DNA of 63,436 bases, filler included, from Vezdaea acicularis (Eukaryota): NCBI GenBank assembly GCA_026025075.1. It is 7 parts of 7 records of this genome, joined end to end, with 100 filler letters (N's around TTAATTAATTAA, not from the genome) between each part and the next. Parts side by side here need not be neighbours in the genome. Positions count along the whole stretch, not along the records: positions 40,755 to 50,553 come from JAPEUI010000263.1; positions 50,654 to 60,420 come from JAPEUI010000264.1; 5 more parts are not named here. One strand, 5' to 3'. Every line of letters starts with the position of its first letter. Within the stretch, counting starts at the first letter, position 1. The position numbers and the translations under genes are program-made. This document shows, piece after piece, positions 46,881 through 60,520 of this stretch. The notes under the pieces are model-generated. The model saw nothing but the letters and a program-made list of their open reading frames with translations. It did no database searches and was not told the DNA's origin.

Positions 46881-48415
46881 GTCTCTGCGGACTGGGAGTC
46901 GTGAATTAGTACGTCGTTAGGATTCTTTTAGAAAAAATTAGGAAAAGCTGCCAGTCGTGCAGAGTTAGAGTGAGCGCAGTAAACGGTCGAAATTCAGTCC
47001 GTGAATGATCCCTGTATCGGGTCTCGTAAAGGAGCGTGGTGAATGCTGAAGAGCAGTTCGGGTCGTCGTAAAGAGTGTCTGGTCGAGTTGGCCGTCAAGT
47101 ATAAGTCTATCGTGAAGAAAACGTGAAGAACAAAGAGAATGAACGAGTGTCGCCGAGAGGCAGAAAAGAAAACGAAGGACGAGAAACAGTTGAAGGTATC
47201 GAGGGGGCGAGAAGAGAAGGGCGCTGAGGGGGGGGGGCCCCGAGAAGATAATAATTCTCGCGGATTTCGGTCGTTTTCTTTTTCGACGAATGAGAAATCT
47301 CGCTGGCGGCGTGCCCTTTTTTTGCGCGCGCTGCAGAGGATAAGGGGGGGCCGTGCTCTACCCCTACATTAGCCCGGCGTCAGTCGCTGCGAGTCGCTGC
47401 TGGGCCCGCTGCAGGAGAGACGCTGGCCTCGCTGGCCCCGCTGGAGGCGGTCGCTGGGCGGGCTGCGATTCGAGGGAGCGCTGCGAACGCGCATACGGCT
47501 ATGCTCCGCGACGCTCCGGCGCTCACCGTATGGCCGTCCGGCTCAGGCACAAGCAGTACGGCGCCGGCGGGCGGACAGGCACAATCCGCTGCGTCTCCCT
47601 GTCGTCTCCGCTCCGTCTCCCTATTTTCGGTTCCGCGCTCGCCGTCCGCACCAGTCGCCGCTTGACAGGTCGCTTCGTCTATGCTGTCCGTCGTCGTTCG
47701 TCACCGATGAAATCATGCGCTCTCTTTCTCTCTCTCTCCCTCACAGCAGCAGCACCACCTTATTGTATATAAGGCGCAGTTGATTGTGGCCTAATTTTAT
47801 TGTCGCGATGACGACCGTCCTGCGCGAAATTTCCCCTCGACCTCGCACGACGGAGCGAGATTTGCGGGGGCGCGATACAACGCAACTGGCCGTCTGGAAG
47901 GGGGATAGTGTCGTGTCAGGTAGCGTAGGCGAGCAACTGCCCAGGTTGAGTTCGTGGCGCCGACGCCCTGAGGAGGCTGGACGAAGTAGAGGATGCAGAC
48001 GAAAGCAGAGGACGCAGATGACGCCAGGGGTTTCGGGACTGTTATTGCAGTACCGACAACTGCGCGTTGAGGGCGCCGAGGACCAAAGTACTTTCTTCCT
48101 GTGTGCTTGTAGTGCGTTCGTATGCGGACGAACCTCGGATCAGTGCTCGAATCGGAATCGCTGTTCTCGTCGTAGTCACCACTCTCTTTCTCTCTTTCTC
48201 TCTTTTCCTCAGAAGTGACTGCTCGTCGACCTCCAGCATCTCATCCTTCTCACGCCCTCGCCCTCCCCTCGTCTTTCTTATATCACCGCCAGCCCATCCC
48301 CACGCCCTCAAGCGAAACCATTAGGCTTTCCTCACCATCTTAGCACCCGCTCTCCAGTCGATCACGCAACGAGGATCGCCGGCCTCTGCTTGGTCGACGA
48401 CGGACGATTCCTCTC

Positions 48416-50037
48416 ATGGCGCCTACAGCAGCGGCCATTCTGGCTCGCTTGAAGCATCTCTACACCGGAGCTGGTACGTGCGTTTGACAGTGCGTTTGAC
48501 AACGACTGGCCCTCGGCGCTTCGCCCGTTGAAACCATCCCTGCAGCCCCCCTCCCCGTGACTTCATCCCCAACGAACTCTGCAGCACGGACGTCAACTCG
48601 TGAGAGATGATACTTTCTTCGTCGAACTTAGTCTCCTATCGCTATCGATACGTTGCCGTCCGCGTTCGTGGGCTAACCCGTGCATGTCATGCTTCTAGAA
48701 GAGACTCCGCCAGCCATCACTTCTCAAACTGCGGCGCTCTTGTCGGTATGTATACCGAATGAAATTCTCCGACTGAGCGCTGTTTTCTGTGCGCTGCATG
48801 ACCACGCATGCAAGCTATTTCGGGCTTGCCTCGCCGTCTCGAGTCTTTTCAATGCTTTCGTTCGTCATTGTCCGCCTGGCGTTAGAAAGACGCCGTGTGC
48901 TTTGCAATGCCATGCTATGCCAGCGTCACTCAAGCGTCACTCAAGCTTGTGTCTTCTCGCCCAATTTATCTCATTGGCTAAATTGCTAAATTCTATCTAT
49001 ATCCTGGTTTCAAGCACTAACCGATTTGCCCAAGATTCTCTATACGCTGCTTTATGTTCTCCCTTTCTACCTCTCGCCCACCACTCGGCCTTCACCTACG
49101 CTATCTCGAGACAGTGAGACCGTTATTCGAGCGCGAATTAGGGCAGTCACCATCTCCTGCGTCATCAGCACCACCTCGACCCTTTACATCCTGGCGGGCT
49201 GGGCCGGATTGACCATCCCCGAATCGCTCAGGCTGCTTGGCTGGTGGCCGATAGGCCTTGTCGAGGTGTCCAGATGTCTACTGCTTACCGCTATCCTATT
49301 TCTAGGGCCTCTGTTTGAGCGAGGCATCGTGGAGTCGAGATGGCGTGACTGGATAAACGGACGCAATTTGCTCCAAGCCGTGAGTGGCTGGACGGGGTGG
49401 CGGAACTACGTTGCTGTGAGTCCTTGACCTGTGTTCTATCATTGCACGCACCGCCCTCGTCTCCAAGCTGATATGAATGCAGGGCCCGATAACCGAGGAG
49501 GTGGTCTTCCGCTCCGCCCTGGTTCCGCTGCACCTCATCGCCGGCGTAGCGCCATCCCGCATCGTCTTCCTGACTCCCCTCTACTTTGGCATCGCGCATA
49601 TCCATCACTTCTACGAATTCAAGCTCACCCACCCGCGTGCGCCCTGGTTCGTGGCCCTCATCCGGTCTCTGGTTCAGTTCAGCTACACCTCTCTCTTCGG
49701 CTTCTTCGCGACGTTCATCTTCCTTCGAACCGGCTCCTTGCCCGCCGCAATACTCGTCCACAGTTTCTGCAACTTCTGCGGTCTGCCACGGTTCTGGGGG
49801 AGAGTCGAGGCGGGTGAGCCGCTGGTACCTCCAGCAAACCCAAATGGAGACGGAAATGCGCCGGATAGGCCAGGTTCATCGGGCGTTCACTTCCAGGTGG
49901 CCGATGGACCACTCGGGATAGGCTGGACGGTGGCATATTACGCCTTATTGGTGATGGGCGCGATAGGATTTTGGCAGGGTCTCTGGCCTTTGACAGCTTC
50001 GGATAAATCGCTGGCCAGCTTTACCGGACATCGATAA
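48416..50037 (+). CDS. RCE1: CAAX prenyl protease 2
   Basis: Exons 48416-48473, 48699-48745, 49035-49415, 49483-50037. Motifs LFLGPL, WRNYVA/GPITEEVVFRS, FGIAHIHH, QFSYTSLFG, HSFCNFCGLP. Confidence 0.95.
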
Positions 50038-50553
50038 ACGATTCACCGTCCAGGATACTTATCATCGTAACCGTGCGCATGCTCCAAGACGTTGGGTTTC
50101 CAACAACGCTGGATGTCTTGGCGCCGTGGGGAACCTAAACCTCTCCCAATGTCGCTTCAACCGAAACGAACTTGAAACACTGCTCCTGGGAAGAACTCTG
50201 AAGCGAGCGAACGCAGCGATGCAGCTATGCAGCAGCTCCACGTACCGTCACCTAAACTTTACAAGCTGCGGGGGCCATGCCGACCTCGGTTTTATCCGGT
50301 CGCGTTCCGATCGGATGAAGGATAACATGGTGAGCGGCTTGCACTCTGAAAGGATGGTGCAAGTTCTCCGGCTGCATGATCCTCGCAAGAATCTGGACGG
50401 GCGGGAAGCTCGGCACCGGTCTCTCTCACAACCCATCCCACTCGAAAGGATGGTACCGAAAGCCACGCGCCGTCCGCGGGAGTGCTCTGAGTCGCGATCA
50501 ACCCCCAAAGCAGTAAGGCAACACAACGCCCCCACCGGGTGAAACGCAAACCA

Positions 50554-50653
50554 NNNNNNNNNNNNNNNNNNNNNNNNNNNNNNNNNNNNNNNNNNNNTTA
50601 ATTAATTAANNNNNNNNNNNNNNNNNNNNNNNNNNNNNNNNNNNNNNNNNNNN
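50554..50653. other. Artificial contig spacer
   Basis: N44-TTAATTAATTAA-N44. Confidence 0.99.
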
Positions 50654-50664
50654 TGACTCTGTAC

Positions 50665-52044
50665 CTTGAGGTCCTCCATAGCCCCTTTGCTCTCATCCCA
50701 ATCAACAACGACATCAAACAACTCTTCAACTCGTAACCGGCCAAGCCGCTCCATCCCCATCTCCTGCCACTTCACAACATCGTCAAGACTTACGCCTGGT
50801 TTCCATTGCCGGACTTGGCTCGTCCGACTGTCCTCTTGCCTCTGGTCTTCTGTCTGCAGGCAGTCCAGCACTTCCACCGCAAGCCTCGCAAATTTGTTCT
50901 CCACCCAATACTTTAACTTTGCCGGAGCTTTGGACGGAGACTTCCACTGCCTCGAGAACGTTGTTCTCACGTAGTCCGTCATGAGATTATTCATGACTTC
51001 CGCAAAGACTCGCTCACCGCTGCCTCCGCCCAGTCCAACGGCCTGAAGGTCTCGCATGAAGGGGATCAGCTTTAGGCGGGCAGATTTGGCGTCCTCGCTC
51101 TCAGCCATAACGGATGCATCTGAATCCAAGTCCATGCTTTCGTCAGGGTCAGGCTCTGACTCCTGAATTTCCCATTCTTCAAGCTTACGGGGAAGGCCGA
51201 CAATCGTTGCACATTCTGTATTCAGGTAACTTCGTAGCATTGTAGAGACAAAGTCCTGGGGGAGAGAGTAGGTGACGATGGTGTGGAAATCTCGACGGAA
51301 TTTTGATTCTAGTTGCCGTATCTCTGTCTGGATCAGCTCCCACCGCTCGGGCTCGGTGATAGGATCACATTGATGAGCGTAAATGGGCAGAATTTGATTC
51401 GTGACGGGAGTGAGATAAACAAGCTGGGCTGCCTTTAGGGTGCTAATCATGGAAGTTAGGGCTTCCTCTTCACCTCCCTTGGCATTATCCTGGTCTCATG
51501 TTAGTTGCAAGCTGTGGAGCCCCATAAGGCTTCTGGAGCCTACAATTATCAAGTTTGGACGCCCGTATGTCAAAAAGTGCCTTCTAATTTCATTGATATA
51601 CCATTCGAGTATGTCGTCTTGACCTGTGCCTCTCTCCACGGTTGCCCGCAGAGGTGTATTCACTACAATATATTCCAGGGCCTCTTGAGTCTCCCTTTTC
51701 AACCGTTTGTTCCAAATACCTTTCAACGTCGAGCTCGAATACTTGGCAAGCATGGGCTCGATGGGTTCATTCGGTAAGCTCAAGAAAGATGTTGCGGTAT
51801 GCCAGGCTCGGTTCCAACGCAGTTGATCCCCCACGATATCAAATGATGCATTAGGATCAGCTGTTAGCTGCCTCTCGGCCAGCGGGCCACCAAAGGGCCT
51901 CCCTGGCGCAACAAATCCGGCCTCAGGCGTTGCTTGTTGCGTTGGAGGTATCGCAAGCTCAGAGGACTGAGGAAAGACAGAAGTGAAGATACGCCGATGA
52001 CTGGCTTCCAATACAGAGACCTTTGAAGCCATCTTCGCAGGCAT
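50665..52044 (-). CDS. APC2: Anaphase-promoting complex subunit 2, 5' part (truncated by contig end)
   Basis: Exons 52044-51544 and 51489-50665. WNRAWHTATSFL, VGLGG..GERVFAEVM, LGRLRVEELFDVVVDWDESKGAMEDLK correspond to the Apc2 'LFDIIVD.P.S..A.EDL' block. Confidence 0.88.
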
Positions 52045-55000
52045 GAGGGAGTTGCCTCAAAGCAGACAGCCCCAAAGCAGATGATTCTACAACTATCGCC
52101 TCATCGTCATTGTGTTCATTGCTGCACCAGCATTCCACCTTCGATATCAAGCCTCTCGCTAAAAGACGCGAGCTTGCCCTAGCTTTCACGCGACTTGGAC
52201 TCGCCCTTGCGCGTTCCTCGCTTCTCCGTCCCCACCACGAGCATCTCAAACCTCGAAAATCTCGTCCCGCATAATGCCTTCCTCCCGCGCATCCAAACGA
52301 GCTTCGTTTAGTTTCATCTATTTCGATCTCATTCCTTCTGTTCATGACCCTGGCCGGGCCGTTCTGCATGGCATAGCGTTCTGCACACACGGCTCGTTAA
52401 GCCACGAGGCTTACTCGAAGACCATCTTCAACGGCATTAAAAATTTCTCGTTGGCTCTGCAGCTTAGTGGTTTCACCATACCCAAAATGAACGGTAGTGG
52501 GCATTCTCGTAATGCTGGGTTGGATCTGCATGGCAGATTGATGAGGCTGTCTTGAGATCAGAGATGCCCTCGTGCAAGACAATGATGGTCGAGTCTTGGA
52601 TTGTGTCATTCACTTGACAGAATCCTCTTATCTCATTGCTCAAGGCGATGATGTTCAGGGAAATCTACTAAGAGCGAGATAGTCGTACTAACTAGACGAT
52701 CTACAAGAGCCTGGACAGGGAGACGGGGCTCGGGTGGCAAGAGGAGAACTATCGGAAGGGACGGCCGCTGCTACGACTAAGGGTCCACCAAAAAACGTGG
52801 TCGACGAGGATGATGACCGGCTAAGGTTTGAGGCCAGCCACGAAGCGGGCGACAGAGGCAAGACAGGCGAGTCAGCTTCTGCGAATCTTTCCGACTCGTC
52901 CGAGCCGAAACACCACATGGCTCTCGCGTGGTCATCCCCCCCAGGCATGCCATTTTTTTTCCTGCCGTCTGCCGTCCGCCGTCGCTGAAACCGGACAAGG
53001 TCATGCACGACGATCGTTCTACTCGGATAATGTTGAGATGGTGGACGGCCGGTTCATTGCGTCGAGATTAGATGGGGAGCCCTTTTTCCCTGCCGCTCGT
53101 CAAGTGTGCCTTGCATGACGGATACGGTCTCCACCGGAAGTCGTATTGTCTCTCCGCAGAACTTTGGCTAATCGCGAGACGAACGAGATGGATCATCGAC
53201 GACGACAGCGGCGACGACAGGGAGGGCAGTGAATACTCGCGTACGTCAGACGTGCGGGGTCCTACCTGAAGATATCGTTGACGAACGCTCCAGCTTCGTC
53301 GCTCTCTCTCGGTTCTTCGATCGTCGATGGCCGCGACCAGCTGCGAGTCATCTCATCGAAGATGCTGACGCCACCGTGATAACCGAGCCCGGCAAAACTC
53401 GTCATTGGTGCACAGCGGCCGTCGTGTGTTTGGCCATGTTTGCGATCTGGCGCACTCAGGCCCGCCGTAGTCGAGCCCACTTGAGCACGGCGTTTCAGAA
53501 TCTTCGTTTCGTCAGCGCAGGGATCGTAAGGTGGCCACTTCTGACATCTTCTCTGCCCCGGATTTCATTCACGCACGACGGCTCCTGCCAACTCAGATGA
53601 GCCTGCCAATAGGAGCGGCGACAGGTTCGCTCCCAAGCATGTGCCGTACCTGATTCCGAGCCGCCGCTGTGCTCAATCCAGCTCTGCTTCTCCTTCCTCT
53701 GCTCTCTTTCCGTCACAGGGTCCAGGGCGAAATTCGTTTCATCTTGGGAGGAAAGAAAAGCGGGAAGTCCGGCAAGATCCAGAACAAGTGGACAACTGGC
53801 GTGGGGGAATGGAGCGGCGCCACTGACACATGGCGATCGGCGGCAACCCTCATCGTCGGCCTGTTCCAGAAGCACTTATGGACACTCAGCCTAACGTTGC
53901 TCGAAACATTCAGACCATTGGCCTTTCGCTACCGTAGCCACGCTGATTTGCCGAACCGCGTTCCAGATATCGCAGAAGACCAGCGGGTTTTGACTTCTGA
54001 GCGTCTGGCAAATTCCATACAAGCGCCGCTGCTCGTATCACCCGTATCACACCGGCCATGTTCCCCGCCAGTTTCACCCACTACTCATCCATTCATTTCC
54101 AGCGTTGATTTTCAGAATCTTCGTCTGCCTCGCAGGCCTTGCTCTCCGTGCACCTCTGGCCGACCCTCTCCGCTTTTGGATAAGATGTACCTCGATGCAC
54201 TGGATGGTGAGGGATAAAGCATCAGGCGACGGGGATCTGCTAGAGTAGGAGTGCTGACCGCTGATACGCTCGCCAGTACGGGCCCAGGCGCGCGAGCCAA
54301 GCCCTGCGCACGACTCAACCCCACTTTCGCTAACTCGCGCCACTACGGAAATGTAGTCAGTGGTCAGCTTGGTGCGGCCTTGCCCTAGTCCATTCTCCTG
54401 GGCACTTTCCCCCCGAATATGTGATCACAAAAACCCAGGGTCCGAGTGGCGCTGACAGCTTCCTTTTCTCTCAGCATGTGGTCAGTGTCTGAGCGGATTA
54501 TTGCGGCTATTTCATCGCCAGGGATAAAGACGGACAAGAGCTCGTCTGTCGCGGCGTTACCACCGTGTGTGGAGCGAGACGGTCTCCCAATTGCCCCCCC
54601 CCTTCTATCTCTGACAGAGGGGCACTTAGTCAGCCTACTCTCTTTCCTGGTGTGTGTGTGGAGTGAGAGGCTGGGGTCAGGCTTGTCAGGATTGGGCGGT
54701 CAGGCCTTTTCAGCGAGATGCTATCCTGGAGCACAGATACCAATGCATTCCACTGCACGAATGCACGTACGCTGGAACGGTCTTATGCACGCCTGCTTGG
54801 ACAAGTTATCTCGATATCCTCAACGATCGATATTGAGTTTTCGCGCAATTTTGGCCCGTCGTCCGTCCCTACCAATCGACTATCCTTGCTCCGCAGACGC
54901 CGGCCAATAGTCGCACCCGGTTCGAGATTGCTGTAGTATTGCCCCAGATCGCGCTATCATGCGACATGGGCACCGACGCTGATGAAAGTATATCATCTCG

Positions 55001-58000
55001 CAAATACTCGATCAGCAATTGCGCGCATGGTACGTGCGTCTCCGTCGGGCCATTTCCCCACAAAGAGGAGCACGACTATCGCTATGATGAAAGTATGTCT
55101 TCAGCGTGACGAAGCGCGGAGGGATCTCAAGGGCCCGAGCGGAACGTGTTTCAGTACCTCTTCGGGAGCACGCCAGCTTGAATCGAGTAATGATACGTCG
55201 AACTGGCGGCGAGCCCGTTTCGCCGTGGCCGTCGTGGTGCAACACAGAATCCGGTCAGAGTCCAGACGCACGTGAAACACCTTGCAGTGAGACTATCTTC
55301 GATGATCCGCTGCTGATCACACCGACGGACGGAGGGTGACGCTGGTTGGTCTTCGACGATGCTTCTCGAAGACGTTTGCCTGCAGGCGCCGCTTGCTGTT
55401 CGGGAATGGCCTCGACCAGAGCGTTCGACGCGCAGGGATCATCCCCGTCGCAACGCAGTCGACGACAGCACCCCGGGCGTCTGCACGCACACAGGACGCA
55501 CGCCCTCGAGGGAGATGGAGAGCTGGATCAGAGGTGATCAGGTCGCCTCTGATCACACCGGAAATGCTCGCTGCAACTCTAGTGCCTCCTCCGCGATCCC
55601 AGGACAGATCGCAGGGCGGCCCCCCTCTCCCCAGGCCCCACGACCATCGATTACTAGATCCGCTGTGCTGCATCACTCATCCCCAGGAAATACACCGGGA
55701 CTCCCTGTCAGCAACGGCGCACCTAAGTGATGCGGATGCTGCTTTCAATGCGATGGTCGTAGTAGCGGTCAGCAAAATAGCAACAGGGTGGCCGCTCGGA
55801 CCAACATTTTCGCCAGGTCGCCCAGCTTGAAGATGGATCACGAGTAAGCCCATGCGGTCGGATGAAGTTGTTGACGACGCTGTAAGTTTGCTCGCCCGCT
55901 ATCTGCCCTAGCTGGCCGTGTTCATTCGGCAAGCCGATGCGACGCGACGGGCGATGAGTTCGAGGGTCTTGGCGATCGGACGTTCGTCCAGTTCACCCTC
56001 CATCGTGTCTCCCGTTTCTCCAATGTCGTCTATCGCCCATCGCGCCCACGGCCGGCCCCACCCAATGACAGGGCGGCGGTCGCAAAAAAAGACGTTTGCG
56101 GGAGATCATTTGCCTTGCGAGGCGGCTGAGCGCGTGGCTCCCCTCAATCTCACACGTTTTCCGCTTTTTTTCGTCACTAGTTAGTCGACCCGCGCCACGA
56201 GCAGCCGACGAGCCATCAATTTTTTTTTCCTGAGACGAACCGTCGGGCGAGTTATGAGCGGGCAACGAATGATGAGGGCAGAAATACCTAACACTCGACA
56301 CCGCATGAAGAGAGGACGAGAGAGGGACGGGCGGTACCTGCGCAGGCTCAGTAGGGCCTGCAACTGCACCAGACCCAGTCGAGCAGAGAGCGGAGCTATT
56401 TTTCTCTCGATTCGACCCCCTCGATCGTTCCCGCCCGGGCAGATTTGGTTGCACGCAGGCCAATTTGAACATGGCATGACGAAGGAATTGCTCTTCCGAG
56501 GACTCGGGTTCGCCCAACGTGACGCCGTGCGTTCTGGGAATCGGGGCCGGATTGACGTCTTGACTACACCACTGCCGTTTCAAGAGGGCTGGCGACGCGC
56601 AGAAGGCCCGACGCGGCGCAGAAATCTGCAGGCCGACTGCTGCTGTAGCTCGCGCACGCGCACCCCCTCGCTGCTGCCCTCAATTCTAGGTCGACGTTCA
56701 TGTTCGGCGACGGTGCACGTCCGTTGATGTGTGGGTCCTTTTGCCCGAGCAGCGCGCACCACACGCAGTCCATTCAGTCAGAGGCCGGCGCGAACAGGGC
56801 TCTTGCTTGTTGATGCCGACATTGGAACGCATGGACCTTTCGTGATGGTCGTTCGCGCGACCAGGCTTGGGGTGATTAAGTTTCACGGCGGGTCCGCGGT
56901 GCGCATGAGAGCGAGGTCTCTCACACGCTTTTTTTCCTGGCCCCGATTTTGCCTTGCCCTTCCCATGTTTCCATCCAGCGTCATATCCCGTCACGTCAAA
57001 TGCGCCTCTCATAGGCCGATCGGGTCTAGTCGCTCGCCGAGCGCTCCCTCTCTCCCCCACACTCTCCCTCCCGACTGCCCGCCCTGCTCGCTGGCCCTTG
57101 TTTGAGGTTTCGCCGACACGTTTTGAGCCGGCGGCCACTAAGCCAAGGCGCGCTTGGTCCTAGGCCGCGCTCGTCATAGCGAGCCCTAGTCCGATGGGCC
57201 CGCCCTTAGCCCTTCGCCCGCTGGCCTCCGCAGGCTCTACCTTAGTATGATTTTCATCTGGAGCCAGGGGGAAGCTGCATCTCATGCTCCCTCCGTGGCG
57301 GCCGGGATGCAAATCCTTCCCTTACCCCGGCAAGCGTGGCAACCCCCGGACACCCCCCAGCGCTGCGACCGACGCCAGCCAATCATGATTAACGCTGCGC
57401 CTAGTGCTTCTATGAAAACCCTCGAAACCGAGAAGCCGCTGCCCTCTGCCCTCGACCCTCTGCCCAAAGACCCGACGGGGCCTGGCGGGGTGGTGACATG
57501 GGGTCGTCCAACGCCCGTGTACCTGCTCGACACAACTTAAGACACGCCCGCATGGGCTCATCACACATCGACTTCCCCACTGCCGTTTCTATCTTAGTCC
57601 CGACCAGCAGCACTTTTAGTAGTCAACAAAACCCCGTCACTCCCCCCCCCTCTCCTCCCCAACACCACACCTCTTCAAATCCTGCCCCCCGTCCGTTGCC
57701 CTTTTGATGCAGACTGCAGATCCTGGATCCAACCTAGGGCTACACTCGTTCATCTGTACAACTAGTATTTACTTGACAGCCTCCCACCCTCTTCTCCCCG
57801 AGGACGACTTTTCTTGACCTAGCTTCTCAGCCAGCCGCCTCCCGTCGATCTTCCTCCGCGATCCCTTTTTTTATAATACCATCCGAGGCTCCTCATTCTG
57901 CCTCCGTATACTCTCCTCTCACGTACGTTTCTCACCGTCCTTCCAAGCATTCGTTTTTCTGTTCTCTCCTTCTCTCTCTTTCTTCACCTTGCATTCTCTT

Positions 58001-58023
58001 GCACCCATGCATCGCCTTCGGTG

Positions 58024-59710
58024 ATGCATTCGCCCTGGAGCCGTGCTGTGCTCGACCCCAAGCGCATTAAACCCCGAGCGAACAGCGGGCTGTCGTTCAG
58101 TGGTGCTCACCTGCTTGATCCACAGTATCCTACTACTCGTTCTCGTTCTGTACCACTCTCTATCGTCCCTCCTTACGCATATCATCTCGAACCCTCCCTC
58201 TGGGAAAGTGCCAAGACGACTGTCGCCACGGAAGGACCGGCACATCTCGTGCCCACTGCTCCGGCTGGACCCGAGTCGATCCCCTCGTACGAAGAGAAGC
58301 CTCTCCTCCCTGCAAGACAAGACTACACGCAGGTCGACTGGCTGCCTTACTCGATAGAGCCCCTTCCGACGGTTGCAGAGGAGCTATCAGAGGAGCATAC
58401 AGAGGAGGGAGAAGTCCATCGACTACCTACACAGTCAGAGCCGCCACCAGCGACGCAAGTTCAGGATCAAAAAGTCAACATGAGGTAAGAGCGTACAGCC
58501 CCACTTTTCGCTCTATAGAGTTGCTGACCGAGCGGAAAGTGTTATCAGTTATCCCTATCCAGCTCCCCTAGATTACGAGCGGGGTCATCATTACCATCCG
58601 AATTTGAATTCAACCATCACTTCTAATCCACCCATGTCCGGTGAGATTCTCTTCCACTCAGAAGACATACGTGTGGCAAGTGAAGCTGATCATTTCATTC
58701 ATAGGTTACGACCCGCTTCACCCCGCTGACGATGGCCATCATCAGTCCGTGGGTTCTCTAGATGACAGTGCAGGGTCGTATTCTATGAGTCACGAGTTTC
58801 CTCCGTCTCACGTCCTTAATGCTTTGGCGAACAGCACTTCCTCCAGCTCGTCTCCAACGTCAGTGAGCTCTAAAGAAGCAGAGCTAGCGCGACTACGGAG
58901 AAAGAATAATTACACACGCCGCCAATCGAAGACGAAAATTCGACGGCAGCGATCTGTCGAACCGCCTACGACGGCATATCTGCCCCGTTCTTGCGGGCAA
59001 GACTACGGGCTTGGCATTCAGTATAGCAGTGCGCCGGGAATGCAAGCTTCAATTACGAGTCAGCCTATGGGGGGACCACCATTCATGGAACCGTACGAAG
59101 AGACCATATCGCCTGCGGTACAACACGTATATCCTCCCGAATATTATGGGTGAGTGCCAAACGAGCGGTCCCATCCTCTGGATATTCTGAACTAACCCCT
59201 CCCAAGCCATCCTGCAGAGTTCACCCTCGACAACTACCAGATGTCCTACGCTGTTCATGGCGCCTCCGAATCGCCACAAGCCATGTATCCTCCGTAAGCT
59301 CCCCCCCTTCCCCCGCTTACATTTTCTTCTACCCTGTGGCTTACCCCGACCTTTCCAGCTACACTGTCCCGACTCTTCCCTCCATCAGCGTCTCTGCCCC
59401 CCACGTCGGCGGCGGTGCAGACGCGATGTACGCTACGGCGGCTGTGGGCGCCAACCGGGGTCTCTCGCACTCGCCTGGTGCCGAAGAGGGCGTGCGCGTC
59501 ATCACCGCGCGCCCTAAGCCGCAGTGCTGGGATCACGGCTGCAACGGGCGCCAGTTCAGCACCTTCAGCAACCTGCTGCGACACCAGCGCGAGAAGAGCG
59601 GTACAGCCACCAAGAGCTATTGCCCGAAGTGCGGGGCAGAATTTACGCGCACGACGGCCAGGAATGGCCACATGGCGCACGAGAAGTGTAAGCCCAGGAC
59701 TGAAGCTTGA
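58024..59710 (+). CDS. C2H2 zinc-finger transcription factor with C-terminal finger pair (tentatively Aspergillus ZfpA-like)
   Basis: Exons 58024-58484, 58540-58640, 58705-59149, 59207-59293, 59359-59710 splice in frame. [31 protein letters not shown]…[17 protein letters not shown]…C. Confidence 0.85.
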
Positions 59711-60420
59711 CGATGTCGAATGTAAAGAAGAAATGATAAGATAAAGCAAAATTTGTTGCGGCACCCACCATTTGGGGGTACAAGGCGTATTTGAGCAAGC
59801 GAAAGCACGAAAGAACGAACAAACGAACGAGTATTAATAAAGCGTGGATGCGACGGCGGCGGCGTCTGTCTTCAAAGCATGCATCGGTTGGTTGGTCGAT
59901 CGGTTGGTCGGCGCGTGCGTGTATGTGCGGGCAGGTGGGTGTAATTTGACACTCCACCCAGGAGTTTTTAATATCTCTACCCTTCTTTATCGTCTTTTCC
60001 CTCTGCTACTACTGTTGTTATTACTGTCTACCTCGGATGAGCGACTATTCTCGCATCTCTCTTCCCCTTTGTCGTTCAGTCTCCTAAAATGTCTTGCCTA
60101 CCCTCATCTATCTGTCTACTGCCGCGAGCGAGAACGCATTCAAGGAGTCAGGGGGTGAGAGCGGAACCCCCTTTGTTTGCTATACGCAAGGATCGAAATG
60201 AACGGAGGGACGGGCGATGGGACGCATAGCCTTTGGCGGTCAGGGGCTTGCTGGTGTTTGACAAAATAAAAGGCGTCCGCCCTTCCTTTTTCTTTTTTTT
60301 TTTTTGGTTCGTCTAACCCGCTGTCCTGTTTCATCTATTCCCTTTTATTGTGGGGTTGTCTTTTTCTAATGGGGGATTCTTTCTTTGATCTCTCTGGGAT
60401 ACATTGGGATGCGCGGATTT

Positions 60421-60520
60421 NNNNNNNNNNNNNNNNNNNNNNNNNNNNNNNNNNNNNNNNNNNNTTAATTAATTAANNNNNNNNNNNNNNNNNNNNNNNN
60501 NNNNNNNNNNNNNNNNNNNN
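60421..60520. other. Artificial contig spacer
   Basis: N44-TTAATTAATTAA-N44. Confidence 0.99.

Noticed and set aside
31436..47000. Many overlapping and antisense ORFs in the track (e.g. 31557-32537, 44716-45633)
   Set aside because: They are shadows of GC-rich, low-complexity real genes with few stop codons.
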